Positions 22,920-32,541 of a stretch of 64,000 nt of DNA are shown piece after piece. Where the stretch lies: positions 14,724,330 to 14,788,329 of the forward strand of contig OZ316898.1 of the NCBI GenBank assembly GCA_973895155.1, written 5' to 3'. Every line of letters starts with the position of its first letter. Position 1 is the stretch's first letter. The translations under genes were made by a program, and so were the position numbers. Under the pieces are notes generated by a model. The model did no database searches and was not told the origin of the DNA. It worked only from the letters and a program-made list of their open reading frames with translations. This stretch comes from Marsupella aquatica. Lineage: Eukaryota > Plantae > Marchantiophyta.

Positions 22920-24776
22920 ATGCTAGATCAACCAGAGTTTAGTGCGTCACGCATTCGGAGATACAAGGCTGCTTACCGTGACTACGTGGAGACTCGGATT
23001 ACACGGGAAAGGGAAGAGAGAGAAGTTATGATGAGCACGGGATTGGCAGCGGGTTCCTCACCGGTGGGTAGGAAAATTTTTCGTCGAATTTATCCCAAGA
23101 CCTCCACCAAGGTGATGGAGGATTGTCGGAACATTTTCCAAGCCACCGGGCTTACAGAATTCATGAAGGTGGAGATTACCATCCCTTCAGGGAAGAGCTG
23201 GGACATTGAGGCCGGGATGGAGTTCCGAACGGAGGGAATCTACTTTGAATGTCTCAAACGTGTAGTGCCCCATGTGGAGTTGGCTAAGCTATTGTTTCTT
23301 GAGAATCAGAAATTCTCATTCACACCTCGGAATATCAGGGGAGAACTCACGTTGAAAATGGTGGCCACTTGGGTGACCAATCCTACCTCCACCACCGCCA
23401 TCCCTCTTTCTGCTGTCAAGGATGTTGAGTATAAGGGCTTCCTGGCCAAGGTGCATCAACGGGTTCTTGGCAACGTGCAATCCGGAGTGCTGAATGAGGA
23501 GCATTTCGTGGTAGCTATGGACATCAAGAACTACCCAGCCCATGTGTACGGATGGTGGTGCTACGGATTGAAGAAGCTATTGGCCGCTGAGCCCGGGAGT
23601 GTGAAACCAGGTGGGGCTGTACATTTGATGGGGTCATTTGTATTGGCCAGGGCAGAAGGGTTGATTGGTTCTCCGGGGCATGAAGACACGGGATCATCTC
23701 TCACCACGGAGATCCGGAGTATTGCCACTACCGTTTTAGGGAAGCTCACGGAGGAATCATTGTCTGCTGGTGGGGAGGATAATAGAGAAGAAGAGAACCA
23801 GGAGGATGATTGCACATTGGAGTGGCTTGAATCACTCGTGGGAGATCCGAAACAGCCTCTGGAATACAACATTCCGGATGTTTACTTGGCAGAGCTACGG
23901 GATTTCAGAGAGGGAGTCCACGAGGGACTCAAGCTAGTCCACGCATTGAGGGAGTCTCTCAAGCACGCCACAGTCAAAGTAGAGACGTTAGAGCAGAGCA
24001 TCCTGTCACTGAAGGAGGTGATCAAGACCAAGGAGCAGACCATTCATGAGAAGGTCAAGCACATCAATGCAGCTCACGTAGAGATCACCAACTTGAAGGG
24101 AGCTTTGTCCACCAAGGCCAAGGAAGCAGAAGAAGTAGGAGCGTTGAGGCAAGCATTGGCCAAAGAGAAGCAAAATTCTGGAGAAGTGATGGAGTGGAGG
24201 AACCAGGTGGGAGCACTACGGAGTCAGGTGGCAGCCTTTGAGACACGAGCGAAGAGAAGTGAGGCCCTGAGTCTAGGGAAACGGAAGAGTCCCGGCACAC
24301 CTGGCTCCACACTTTCCCCGGATGTGATCTCCCAAGCTATCGAGATGGTGGTGAAGGAGGTTAGTGGGAAGTATGGACCCTTGTTGGATGGAGCCAAGAA
24401 GAGTCAGGAGAAGAGTAAGAGCTTGGAGAAGAAGCTCCGGGAGGTACGGAAATCGTTACGGGAGGCTCAGGTCAGTACGGGGATGCCACCCAGGTCTGTC
24501 ACCCCCGGGACTCCCATGGCCACGGGGCAAGTTCTACCGTTGGAGTTGCGGTCCGGAGAAGAGGCTACCCTCTGGAAGGACACAATTGGTGAGGGGTACA
24601 TCAAGGCGTGGCAGGCCTTGGCTGCTTTGAGGAAGCGCGGGAGCAGCAGCACTAAGAGTACTCCGTCGAAGAAGAAGAAAAGTACGGTGGCACTCACTCC
24701 CGTGAGTGATGAGGAGGAGGACCACTCACGGGGCACAAGTCCGGGCACCGAGAGCGAAGAAGAAGAGGAGGATTAG
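22920..24776 (+). CDS. 618-aa LTR-encoded accessory protein, copy 1 (globular N-terminus, coiled coil, basic/acidic tail)
   Basis: Intact ATG-to-stop ORF in all three LTRs and conserved in diverged element A. Heptad-like region at ~aa 330-520; KKKK NLS-like motif. Confidence 0.85.
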   Translation: MLDQPEFSASRIRRYKAAYRDYVETRITREREEREVMMSTGLAAGSSPVGRKIFRRIYPKTSTKVMEDCRNIFQATGLTEFMKVEITIPSGKSWDIEAGMEFRTEGIYFECLKRVVPHVELAKLLFLENQKFSFTPRNIRGELTLKMVATWVTNPTSTTAIPLSAVKDVEYKGFLAKVHQRVLGNVQSGVLNEEHFVVAMDIKNYPAHVYGWWCYGLKKLLAAEPGSVKPGGAVHLMGSFVLARAEGLIGSPGHEDTGSSLTTEIRSIATTVLGKLTEESLSAGGEDNREEENQEDDCTLEWLESLVGDPKQPLEYNIPDVYLAELRDFREGVHEGLKLVHALRESLKHATVKVETLEQSILSLKEVIKTKEQTIHEKVKHINAAHVEITNLKGALSTKAKEAEEVGALRQALAKEKQNSGEVMEWRNQVGALRSQVAAFETRAKRSEALSLGKRKSPGTPGSTLSPDVISQAIEMVVKEVSGKYGPLLDGAKKSQEKSKSLEKKLREVRKSLREAQVSTGMPPRSVTPGTPMATGQVLPLELRSGEEATLWKDTIGEGYIKAWQALAALRKRGSSSTKSTPSKKKKSTVALTPVSDEEEDHSRGTSPGTESEEEEED

Positions 24777-25907
24777 ATAGGCGTACGGACGTGGGTGTAC
24801 GGCCTCCAGATTTCCAACATTTTAGTGGGGGGTCACTCATGGGCTTGTTGGGATGAGCTCGCGGAGCTGATTCCAACAAGAGGCGGCGCTCCTCAAACGG
24901 AGCCAGGATGAGCAAGTTATGGCCTGGAGAACTTATGTTTTTGCGGTACGGAAACGGCCATAACTCAGGCGTCTGAAGTCCGTTGAGGGAGCGACTTAGT
25001 GATTCGGAAGCAGGAAAAGAAGAGCTATCCAGGGGTGAGCTCAGGTGTGCACTTGGAAGGGCACCTAGTTTCGGCCATTTTGGGGTGCCTCTCACTTTCA
25101 GGGTTCACGTGTACTGTTGGGGCGCCGTCGAAGGCACCGTCGGCCCCCTTGTTTTGGGTTTAGGGTTTTAGCAGCATGTGTGTGCCGCATGCTCCTCTTC
25201 AGTTTAAGGATTTCTCTTAGTGCAAGGTTTTAGCGGCGCCGCTAGGGTAGCCGCCACCGTTGTGACCCTGTGAGGGGTGCTTTGGTGTGATTTTTCAGTA
25301 TTTAGGGGGATAGCCCCGAAGTAGTTAGGGGGACTCAGTGTGAAGTTAGCAAGGAGGGATAGAGTGGAGCCTGAGGAGTTTGAAAGCGTGTTCAGAGTAG
25401 TGAGGGGGAGCCATACTCATTGTCCGGAGAGGCAGGAGTTGAGTAGACGGCAGGAGGCCGGGTTACTCATGCAATGTGTATCGTTTTTCCCAAGAGATAT
25501 GGATCTGTACATTTGACTTGATGGGCTTTTGTTGTGTGTTCCTTCTCCCTTTTTCGCTTTCCGAATTGTGTTCTCCCGTTCTATGATTTGAAGAAACTTG
25601 CTTGGTTTGAGTCGGCCTTGTGAGTAGGGGTGGTGACAGCACTCTTTGGGTGACTCCGAGTGAAGGTGTAGTGGGGTAGTCGGCAGGACTTGATCAAAAG
25701 CTGTGGGGTGAGGGTAGTCGGTAGACTTGATCAAAACCTACATTTCCGGGAGCGGAAACCAAAATACTCATCCTGGTGTGAAAAGAATCCAAATAGCGTC
25801 CCTCCACGACCCCGTAATACGATACCAACGGTTTAAGCGAAGAAAAGTGCGGTTTGCACGTATTAACCGTTGGAGAGGCAAGTGACATAAGTGTGGTCTT
25901 TTGTTTT

Positions 25908-25925
25908 TGGCGCCGCTGCCGGGGA
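25908..25925 (+). promoter_or_regulatory. Primer-binding site, tRNA-Asp type (second copy at 36651-36668)
   Basis: TGGCGCCGCTGCCGGGGA differs by one base from the Athila-type TGGCGCCGTTGCCGGGGA. Confidence 0.8.
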
Positions 25926-26142
25926 ATCCTTCTTCTTGTTTGACGACACGAAGGAGGGGAGCTACGTCTATTGGGAGTTCAAACCTATCAACCACAACGC
26001 AACTTGCGACGGTTGATACGTGAGAAGTTTGTTGGTTACTTTGTTATTGTACGTCAACCACAACGCATCGTGCGACGGTTGATGTTTACAAATATTGCTT
26101 TCTGAGACATTGGTGTAAGTTTGGAATGCAGGTCTCAATGGG

Positions 26143-29100
26143 ATGCCGAGAGGGAGAAGGGGAGGTAGAGGAAGTCCCCAACACACACGTACCCCAAGAT
26201 CAGAGCTAGAAGGGGGGCCCTCTTGGATTGGGACCAGACGACGAGTTGCTGCCGAAGAACGCTTACGGCTTGCAGAAGAGAGGAGGTTGCCACTGGTGCT
26301 GGAAGAACAAGTTGGTGTGCAACAGGAAGAGGCTCAACGTAATGAGGCCATATGCCCAGACGAAGAGCCAGACATAGATCACGAGCGAGAAGAAGGAGAG
26401 CCCTTTGTGTTGGTGCAGTCTGAGTTACAAAATCTGATCCCAGAGCTCACTGCATTGCCACAAATCATCTCACACCTATCATCGGTGCTGTTACCGGTGG
26501 CCCAACAAGCGCCATTACCACCTGTGTTGATACAGGCACCGGCTGCACCGATGGCAGCTGCACAACGTACCCGTGTTCAGTACGTACCCTTCAAGGGGAG
26601 ACCAAAGGATGATCCAGACGAATGGATTGAGGAGTTTGAAGGGATTGCCGAAGCTAATGGGGAGTCTGCACATAAGCTCACTATCATTCCTGGAATGATG
26701 AGAGGGGAGGCAGGTCCATGGTTCATTTCGTTGTTGGCCAACGTGAAAGCTGATTGGGCTCTGTTCAAGCAAGCCTTCTTGAAGGAGTTCAGATCCATAG
26801 GAGTGGAGGCCACCTCACTATTAAAGGTGGGCCAACTCAGGATGAAGAAGAAGGAGTCATTACGGAGGTTTTTGCAAAGGTTCCAAAAGCTGGTACGTCG
26901 GATCCAAGCCCGTACCGATGATGCTATGCGTCAAGCCTGGTTTGTGGCTGCCCTACCAAGCAAGATGGGGTTCTTTGTACGTCAAGCCAAGCCAACCACA
27001 TTGGCTGAAGCTATTGCAGCAGCGGAGTCATACACCGCAGCTGATGCCACAAGCAAGCGTTGCCGAAGAAAGAAGCTGAAGCCGGTTGACAGTTCCTCCA
27101 GTGAGGAGTCGAGTGGATCTGATTCAGATAGTAGTGATGAATCTGAGGATTCTGAGAGTACTACAGAGTCAGACACTACGGAGTCAGAAGCTGAAAGACG
27201 AAGGAGGAAGAAGAAGAAGTTGTCAAAGAAAGTCAAGAAGTCCTCTCACCGTGAAGTGATACTACCCACGGTGGCCGTTACACCATTGTCTACGGCAAGA
27301 CGCCTGAAGGAGCAAGAGGCCAGATATGATGAGCTGACGGAGCAAATGAAAGCGTTGAAAGTACATTTTGCCGGACTCAAACCTGAGAGGAGAAAAGTTC
27401 CGGTGGAGAGAGCCAATGTGTGGTGCACCAAGTGCATGAAGTTTGGTCATGCCCCGAAGGAGTGCCCAGCGGGAGAACCAGCCAAGGTTTTCCAAGTACG
27501 GGAGGAGGATGTTGAGGGGGCAAGCTACTCAAATCCTTCATATGCAGCGGAAGGGCCAATAGAGTACTTCATGGAGGAGCCACCAGAGGCCAACGTGTAT
27601 AGTGTACAACCTCTCAACCCGGGACCACGGAGCATTCATGGAGTTTCAACAAACGCCGGAGCACCCGCATACTCCAACTATCCCAACGCTAACCCAGGGA
27701 ATCGACCACCGTACCCTGGAGTGAGGAAGATCCCTATTTGTTACAATTGTAGAGTGGCGGGCCACTACGCTAATGTGTGCCCAGAGCCCACCCGTCAAGG
27801 CAATGGAGATTTTGCCCGGCTGTGTCAACTATGCAAGGGGGAGGGTCATCTTGCACCACACTGCCCAACCTTGGAGGCGTTCAAGGCTCAACCGATTGGG
27901 GCACAAGAGAAGAAGGGGCCGCCACCTCCTCTGAAAGAAGCTAGCGTCAACTTTCTCACCACGGAAGCAGTCGACACCCCTCTAATCACTAGAAGAGAAG
28001 AAACCGTAGTGAACATTCCCAAGCAAAGGATGACCACCATAACGGAGGAGGTGGTACCGCTAGTCGTTGTAGTATCTCCAGTTGTTGAGATACCGGTGGT
28101 TGTTGTTGCAACATCTACGGAAGTTGAAGTTGCTAACCCCTCACCCCCAAGTCATGAGTGGACTCATGCTGAGAATCTACCGGAGGAAGACAGCGACGAG
28201 GAGAGAAGGCATTACTCTTGTTACCGAGTCTCCACTCGATCCGGCAAAAAGAAGGGCAAGTCCGAGCTCAAGCAGAAGTACAAGGAGGTGCATCAAGCTT
28301 CCACATCGGGTACCTCACACGAACCGGAGGTGCCACCCATGGAGGATAGTGACTTTGATCGGGACAACCCCAAGTTGTTCTATCCGAAGGTGGGAGAAGA
28401 GGTACGTAAGCAGTTGGAGGAGCTAGAAGCACAAGCCATGCAAGCGGCCATTGACAAAGACATGGAGGAGGCAAAGGCCAGAAAGAAAGCGGAGGAGAGG
28501 GTTGTTCGTTGGAAACCGGGAGAAGAGGTCATCCCACCCATACCTCCTGCAACCGCGTACAACATTGCTCAAGACATTCTGGATTGCCCAGTCAGTGCCA
28601 CAATTGGTCAACTATTACGGGATAGCTCCCTATACCGTCGCCAAGTCAAGGAGATTCTCATGAGGAGGAGACGTAGAAGAAGGTTACCCAAAGTTGGGGC
28701 TGACCCCATACAAGTCAACTGGGTCACGGAGGATTTGGGTGCCCCAGAACTCACGGTGGACATCAATGGATGTGCAATACGGTTTGTACCGGTGGACGGG
28801 GGCTCGGGAGTCAACATCATGACTGAGGAGACGGCAAACCGGTTGGGGTATACAGAGTTAGAACCACCGGCACGTGCCATGAGGTTGGCTGATGGTGCAC
28901 GGGTGGTGCCGTTGGGGTGTCTCACCAAGATTCCAACAATGATTGGGGGAAAATCTTTCCCCCTCAACTATTTGGTGATGCGACCCGTTCGGCCGTACGG
29001 TTTTCCCATTTTAATTGGCAGGCCATGGTTGTATGTGGCCAAGGTCACAAGTGATTGGGGCAAACGGCAGTTTCGGTTTGGTATCCCCACTATCACTATT

Positions 29101-32100
29101 CCATGGTCAGCGGAGTCACCTCACGGGGAGACTACGACTATGGAGGAGGAATATGATTCAGAGGTCACCTCAGATGAAGACGAGGATGAAGTATACATGG
29201 TGAAACTGATTTCTCACCTCACGGAGGAAGATGTTTTTGGCCCCGGAGTTGCTACTCAAGAGCATGCAGTAGAGGAATCAGTTAGCCAAGTGCACGCTGT
29301 TCTAGAAGAGATGGAAGACGAGCGAAGCAAAATTGTGGAGGCTGAACCTCTAGAGATTCATGATAGGGAGGCAGAGGATCACCCCGAGGAGGTGGAAATG
29401 CAAGCCCACACGATCATGTTTGATGATGAGCAAAGAGAGCAGTTTTTGAATGACATCCTGGATGATGACTTTAGAGAGGAGCTATTGTCACATTACAAAG
29501 AATCTGACGTTGAAGAAATAATGGCCCATGTGACAAAGGATCCACCTCCATCCCGACCAGACCAGGAGGAGAGTGATGCACCGGTGTATGGAGGGATGAG
29601 GCTCGCACGGTTGGAAGAAACCTTTGATGAGGAGACACGCAACAAGTTGGACGTGATCAGGCCGGAGCAGTACACAAAGGTGGAAGTGGGTGAGGGCAAG
29701 ACACTCAACATTGGTAGTAAGTTGGATGCTACGGAGCAACGCACGATTCAGGAATTGTTGAAAGAGTACCAAGACGTATTTGCGTGGAGCCACCAAGATT
29801 TGAAAGGAGTGCCACCTGAGTTTGGTGAGCACAGCATTGACCTGATGTCAGGAGCACGACCTGTGAGGCAACGCCAATACCGCCTCAACCCCAAATACTC
29901 ACTCATGGTGAAGGAGGAGATTGACCGTTTGTTGGATGCAGGATTCATTTATCCGGTCATGCATAGTGAGTGGGTGTCACCCATCGTAATCGTGCCCAAG
30001 AAAAAGGGGCCAGACGGGAAGGTGAAAATACGGGTGTGCCAAGATTTTCGAAAGTTGAATGATGCGACCAAGAAGGATCACTACCCGCTACCGTTCACGG
30101 ATATCGTGTTGGACATGGTAGCAGGTTGGGAGATATACAGCTTCTTGGATGGCTACTCTGGGTACAACCAAATCTGGATACGGGAGGAGGACCAACTCAA
30201 GACGGCTTTCACAACAGAGTGGGGGATTTTTGCATTCCGGAGAATGCCTTTTGGGTTGTGCAATGCCCCTGGCATGTTCCAACGGCTCATGATGAATATA
30301 TTTCATGACTTTTTACGCAGGTTCTTGGAGATCTTTATTGATGACTTTGCTGTCTACGGCAAACGAGTCAAGCATCCGGAACACTTACGGTTGACTTTTC
30401 AGCGGTGCCGGGAGACTTGCCTGAAGCTGCATCCGGAGAAATGTTTCTTTGGAATTGAGGAGGGAATCCTATTGGGCCACAAAGTGTCTGCACGAGGGAT
30501 TGAAGTTGATCGTGAGAAGGTCGCCGTGTGGGTAGCAGTCTCATTTCCCAAGAATGTGAAGGAAGTGAGAGGGTTCTTGGGGTGTGTTGGCTACTACCGA
30601 CGCTTCATCAAAGACTTTGCCAAGGTAGCCATGCCACTCACTTCCATGTTGAAAAAAGGAAGTGAGTTTGAACCTACTCCTTCCCGTCAGGCTGCTTTTG
30701 ATGAATTGAAGAAACGATTGCTAGAGGCCCCCGTGCTCATTACGCCCAATTGGAATAAGGAATTCCATGTTTACGTAGACGTATCAGGATTTTGCATCGG
30801 TGCCGTTTTGAGTCAGTTAGATGATGATGGAAGAGACCATCCCATCTACTTTGCCAGTAGGCAGTTGGCCCCGGCAGAGAAAAACTACTCACCCACCGAT
30901 AGGGAGGCACTTGGTATCATCTACGCTTGTAAGAAGTATCGTCATTATTTGTTGGGGTACAAGGTTGTGTTCCACACGGATCACAACAGCTTGAAATACA
31001 TGGTCAACAAGCCAGATCTGTCCGGGAGAATTGCACGTTGGGTTTTGTTGCTACAAGAGTTCAACTATGAGGTGAGAGTAAGATCGGGGAAGAGTCATAG
31101 CAATGCAGACTTCTTCTCCCGTATTGAGGGAGCATCTGACTCCCAGGAGATTGATGATCGGTTCCCGGATGAGGAAGTGTTCAGCGTGAATACAGAGGCC
31201 ACTACTTGGTATGGAGAAATTTTGGAATTTCTCCGCACGGCTAGAGTTCCCTCACGTTTGGGCCCGGAGAGAGCAGCAGTGTTTTTGCGTAAGACAGGTC
31301 CCTACTTGCTTGTGAAGGGAGTACTTCACAAGTACGGCATGGATGGCCGACTTCGTCGTTGTTTGGAGGAAGCGGAGATACGTACAGTCATGGCAGCATT
31401 ACATGAGGAGGAAGCTGGTGGCCACTTTGCACGGGAGACCACCGCAAGGAAAATACTAGATGCTGGATATTGGTGGCCAACTCTCTTTCGGGATGTACAC
31501 CGGTACATCCAGCGATGTGATCCGTGCCAGCGTCAAGGCAAACCAGGGCCCTCCTCACGACACCCATTGGTGCCCATACTTCCTCTTGCACCCTTTGAGA
31601 AGTGGGGGGTGGACTTCATTGGCCCTTTCACTCCCATCACACGAAGAGGGAGGAAGCGCTACATCATTCTTGCAACGGACTATGCCACCAAGTGGGTGGA
31701 GGCCCGAGCTACTGCCAAGGATGATGCCAACACCACGGCACGTTTTTTGTATGAGCAGATTTTTACACGATTTGGTCCACCATTGGAGTTGGTAAGTGAC
31801 AGGGGTACTCACTTCCTCAATCATACGATTGAACGTTTGACGGAGAACTACTTGATCTCACATAGGAAGACCACTCCGTACCACCCTCGAGCCAACGGGC
31901 TCACTGAGAGAGCCAACGGGATCATGGGCAAGATCCTCAACAAAACGGTATCCGCTCACAAGACCGATTGGGATTTGAAGTTGTTGGCTGCCACTTACGC
32001 TTACAACCTGGCTCACAAGACTACCACGGGCCACAGCCCCTATTTCCTTGTGTTTGGACAACACTCTCTTGTGCCGGTGGAATTTGAGGTTCCAACCATT

Positions 32101-32541
32101 CGAATCCTAACACGGGAAAGGGAAGGGGCAGAAGAAAGTGTCGCTTCACGGATCCAACAGTTGGAGCAACTCACGGAGACACGAGAAGAGGCTTTGACAC
32201 ATACGGAGCAGGAGCAAGGCAAACGCAAGTCACATTACGATTCCCGTCTCCGTCGTGTGTCCATTGAGGAGGGAGATTTGGTGCTCCTCTACGATAGCCG
32301 CTTCATGCATTTCCCCGGGAAGTTGCATACACGGTGGATGGGACCCTACGTAGTGGATGCCGTCTACTCCAACGGCTCGGTTCAACTCAAGACATTGGAG
32401 GGGCAACTACTCAACACACGGATCAATCAAGAGCGCCTAAAGAAGTACTACACGGAGGAAGAGTATGGTGCTCGCGGGGGCGCTTCGCAATTAAGAGAGG
32501 AGCTATGTGACGGGTACCCCGTCACGGGAAGTCACACATAA
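26143..32541 (+). CDS. gag-pol: Gag-Pol polyprotein, 2132 aa (Gag, 3 CCHC knuckles, protease, RT, RNase H, integrase), copy 1
   Basis: Knuckles CTKCMKFGHAPKEC, CYNCRVAGHYANVC and CQLCKGEGHLAPHC; protease VDGGS; RT FIDD; RNase H DVS; HHCC, DDE and GPY integrase. PR-RT-RH-IN order; no chromodomain. Confidence 0.98.
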   Translation: MPRGRRGGRGSPQHTRTPRSELEGGPSWIGTRRRVAAEERLRLAEERRLPLVLEEQVGVQQEEAQRNEAICPDEEPDIDHEREEGEPFVLVQSELQNLIPELTALPQIISHLSSVLLPVAQQAPLPPVLIQAPAAPMAAAQRTRVQYVPFKGRPKDDPDEWIEEFEGIAEANGESAHKLTIIPGMMRGEAGPWFISLLANVKADWALFKQAFLKEFRSIGVEATSLLKVGQLRMKKKESLRRFLQRFQKLVRRIQARTDDAMRQAWFVAALPSKMGFFVRQAKPTTLAEAIAAAESYTAADATSKRCRRKKLKPVDSSSSEESSGSDSDSSDESEDSESTTESDTTESEAERRRRKKKKLSKKVKKSSHREVILPTVAVTPLSTARRLKEQEARYDELTEQMKALKVHFAGLKPERRKVPVERANVWCTKCMKFGHAPKECPAGEPAKVFQVREEDVEGASYSNPSYAAEGPIEYFMEEPPEANVYSVQPLNPGPRSIHGVSTNAGAPAYSNYPNANPGNRPPYPGVRKIPICYNCRVAGHYANVCPEPTRQGNGDFARLCQLCKGEGHLAPHCPTLEAFKAQPIGAQEKKGPPPPLKEASVNFLTTEAVDTPLITRREETVVNIPKQRMTTITEEVVPLVVVVSPVVEIPVVVVATSTEVEVANPSPPSHEWTHAENLPEEDSDEERRHYSCYRVSTRSGKKKGKSELKQKYKEVHQASTSGTSHEPEVPPMEDSDFDRDNPKLFYPKVGEEVRKQLEELEAQAMQAAIDKDMEEAKARKKAEERVVRWKPGEEVIPPIPPATAYNIAQDILDCPVSATIGQLLRDSSLYRRQVKEILMRRRRRRRLPKVGADPIQVNWVTEDLGAPELTVDINGCAIRFVPVDGGSGVNIMTEETANRLGYTELEPPARAMRLADGARVVPLGCLTKIPTMIGGKSFPLNYLVMRPVRPYGFPILIGRPWLYVAKVTSDWGKRQFRFGIPTITIPWSAESPHGETTTMEEEYDSEVTSDEDEDEVYMVKLISHLTEEDVFGPGVATQEHAVEESVSQVHAVLEEMEDERSKIVEAEPLEIHDREAEDHPEEVEMQAHTIMFDDEQREQFLNDILDDDFREELLSHYKESDVEEIMAHVTKDPPPSRPDQEESDAPVYGGMRLARLEETFDEETRNKLDVIRPEQYTKVEVGEGKTLNIGSKLDATEQRTIQELLKEYQDVFAWSHQDLKGVPPEFGEHSIDLMSGARPVRQRQYRLNPKYSLMVKEEIDRLLDAGFIYPVMHSEWVSPIVIVPKKKGPDGKVKIRVCQDFRKLNDATKKDHYPLPFTDIVLDMVAGWEIYSFLDGYSGYNQIWIREEDQLKTAFTTEWGIFAFRRMPFGLCNAPGMFQRLMMNIFHDFLRRFLEIFIDDFAVYGKRVKHPEHLRLTFQRCRETCLKLHPEKCFFGIEEGILLGHKVSARGIEVDREKVAVWVAVSFPKNVKEVRGFLGCVGYYRRFIKDFAKVAMPLTSMLKKGSEFEPTPSRQAAFDELKKRLLEAPVLITPNWNKEFHVYVDVSGFCIGAVLSQLDDDGRDHPIYFASRQLAPAEKNYSPTDREALGIIYACKKYRHYLLGYKVVFHTDHNSLKYMVNKPDLSGRIARWVLLLQEFNYEVRVRSGKSHSNADFFSRIEGASDSQEIDDRFPDEEVFSVNTEATTWYGEILEFLRTARVPSRLGPERAAVFLRKTGPYLLVKGVLHKYGMDGRLRRCLEEAEIRTVMAALHEEEAGGHFARETTARKILDAGYWWPTLFRDVHRYIQRCDPCQRQGKPGPSSRHPLVPILPLAPFEKWGVDFIGPFTPITRRGRKRYIILATDYATKWVEARATAKDDANTTARFLYEQIFTRFGPPLELVSDRGTHFLNHTIERLTENYLISHRKTTPYHPRANGLTERANGIMGKILNKTVSAHKTDWDLKLLAATYAYNLAHKTTTGHSPYFLVFGQHSLVPVEFEVPTIRILTREREGAEESVASRIQQLEQLTETREEALTHTEQEQGKRKSHYDSRLRRVSIEEGDLVLLYDSRFMHFPGKLHTRWMGPYVVDAVYSNGSVQLKTLEGQLLNTRINQERLKKYYTEEEYGARGGASQLREELCDGYPVTGSHT
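32493..32502 (+). promoter_or_regulatory. Polypurine tract (second copy at 43236-43245), inside the pol reading frame
   Basis: AAGAGAGGAG, then CTA, then the LTR start TGTGAC. Confidence 0.85.

Larger units (their letters stand above)
21765..25887 (+). repeat. LTR1 of C (4123 bp)
   Basis: TG...CA termini, preceded by the TSD and followed by the PBS region; direct repeat of 32506-36630 and 43249-47373. Confidence 0.95.

Noticed and set aside
22920-24776. Calling the 618-aa ORF an envelope (env) gene
   Set aside because: No evident signal peptide or transmembrane helix; the charged coiled coil and NLS-like tail suggest a soluble protein.
25155-25245. TTTAGGG telomere-like word and a TAGCGGCGCCGCTA palindrome in the C LTR
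   Set aside because: Single occurrences per LTR; the palindrome has a different centre and length from the M motif and is not enriched.
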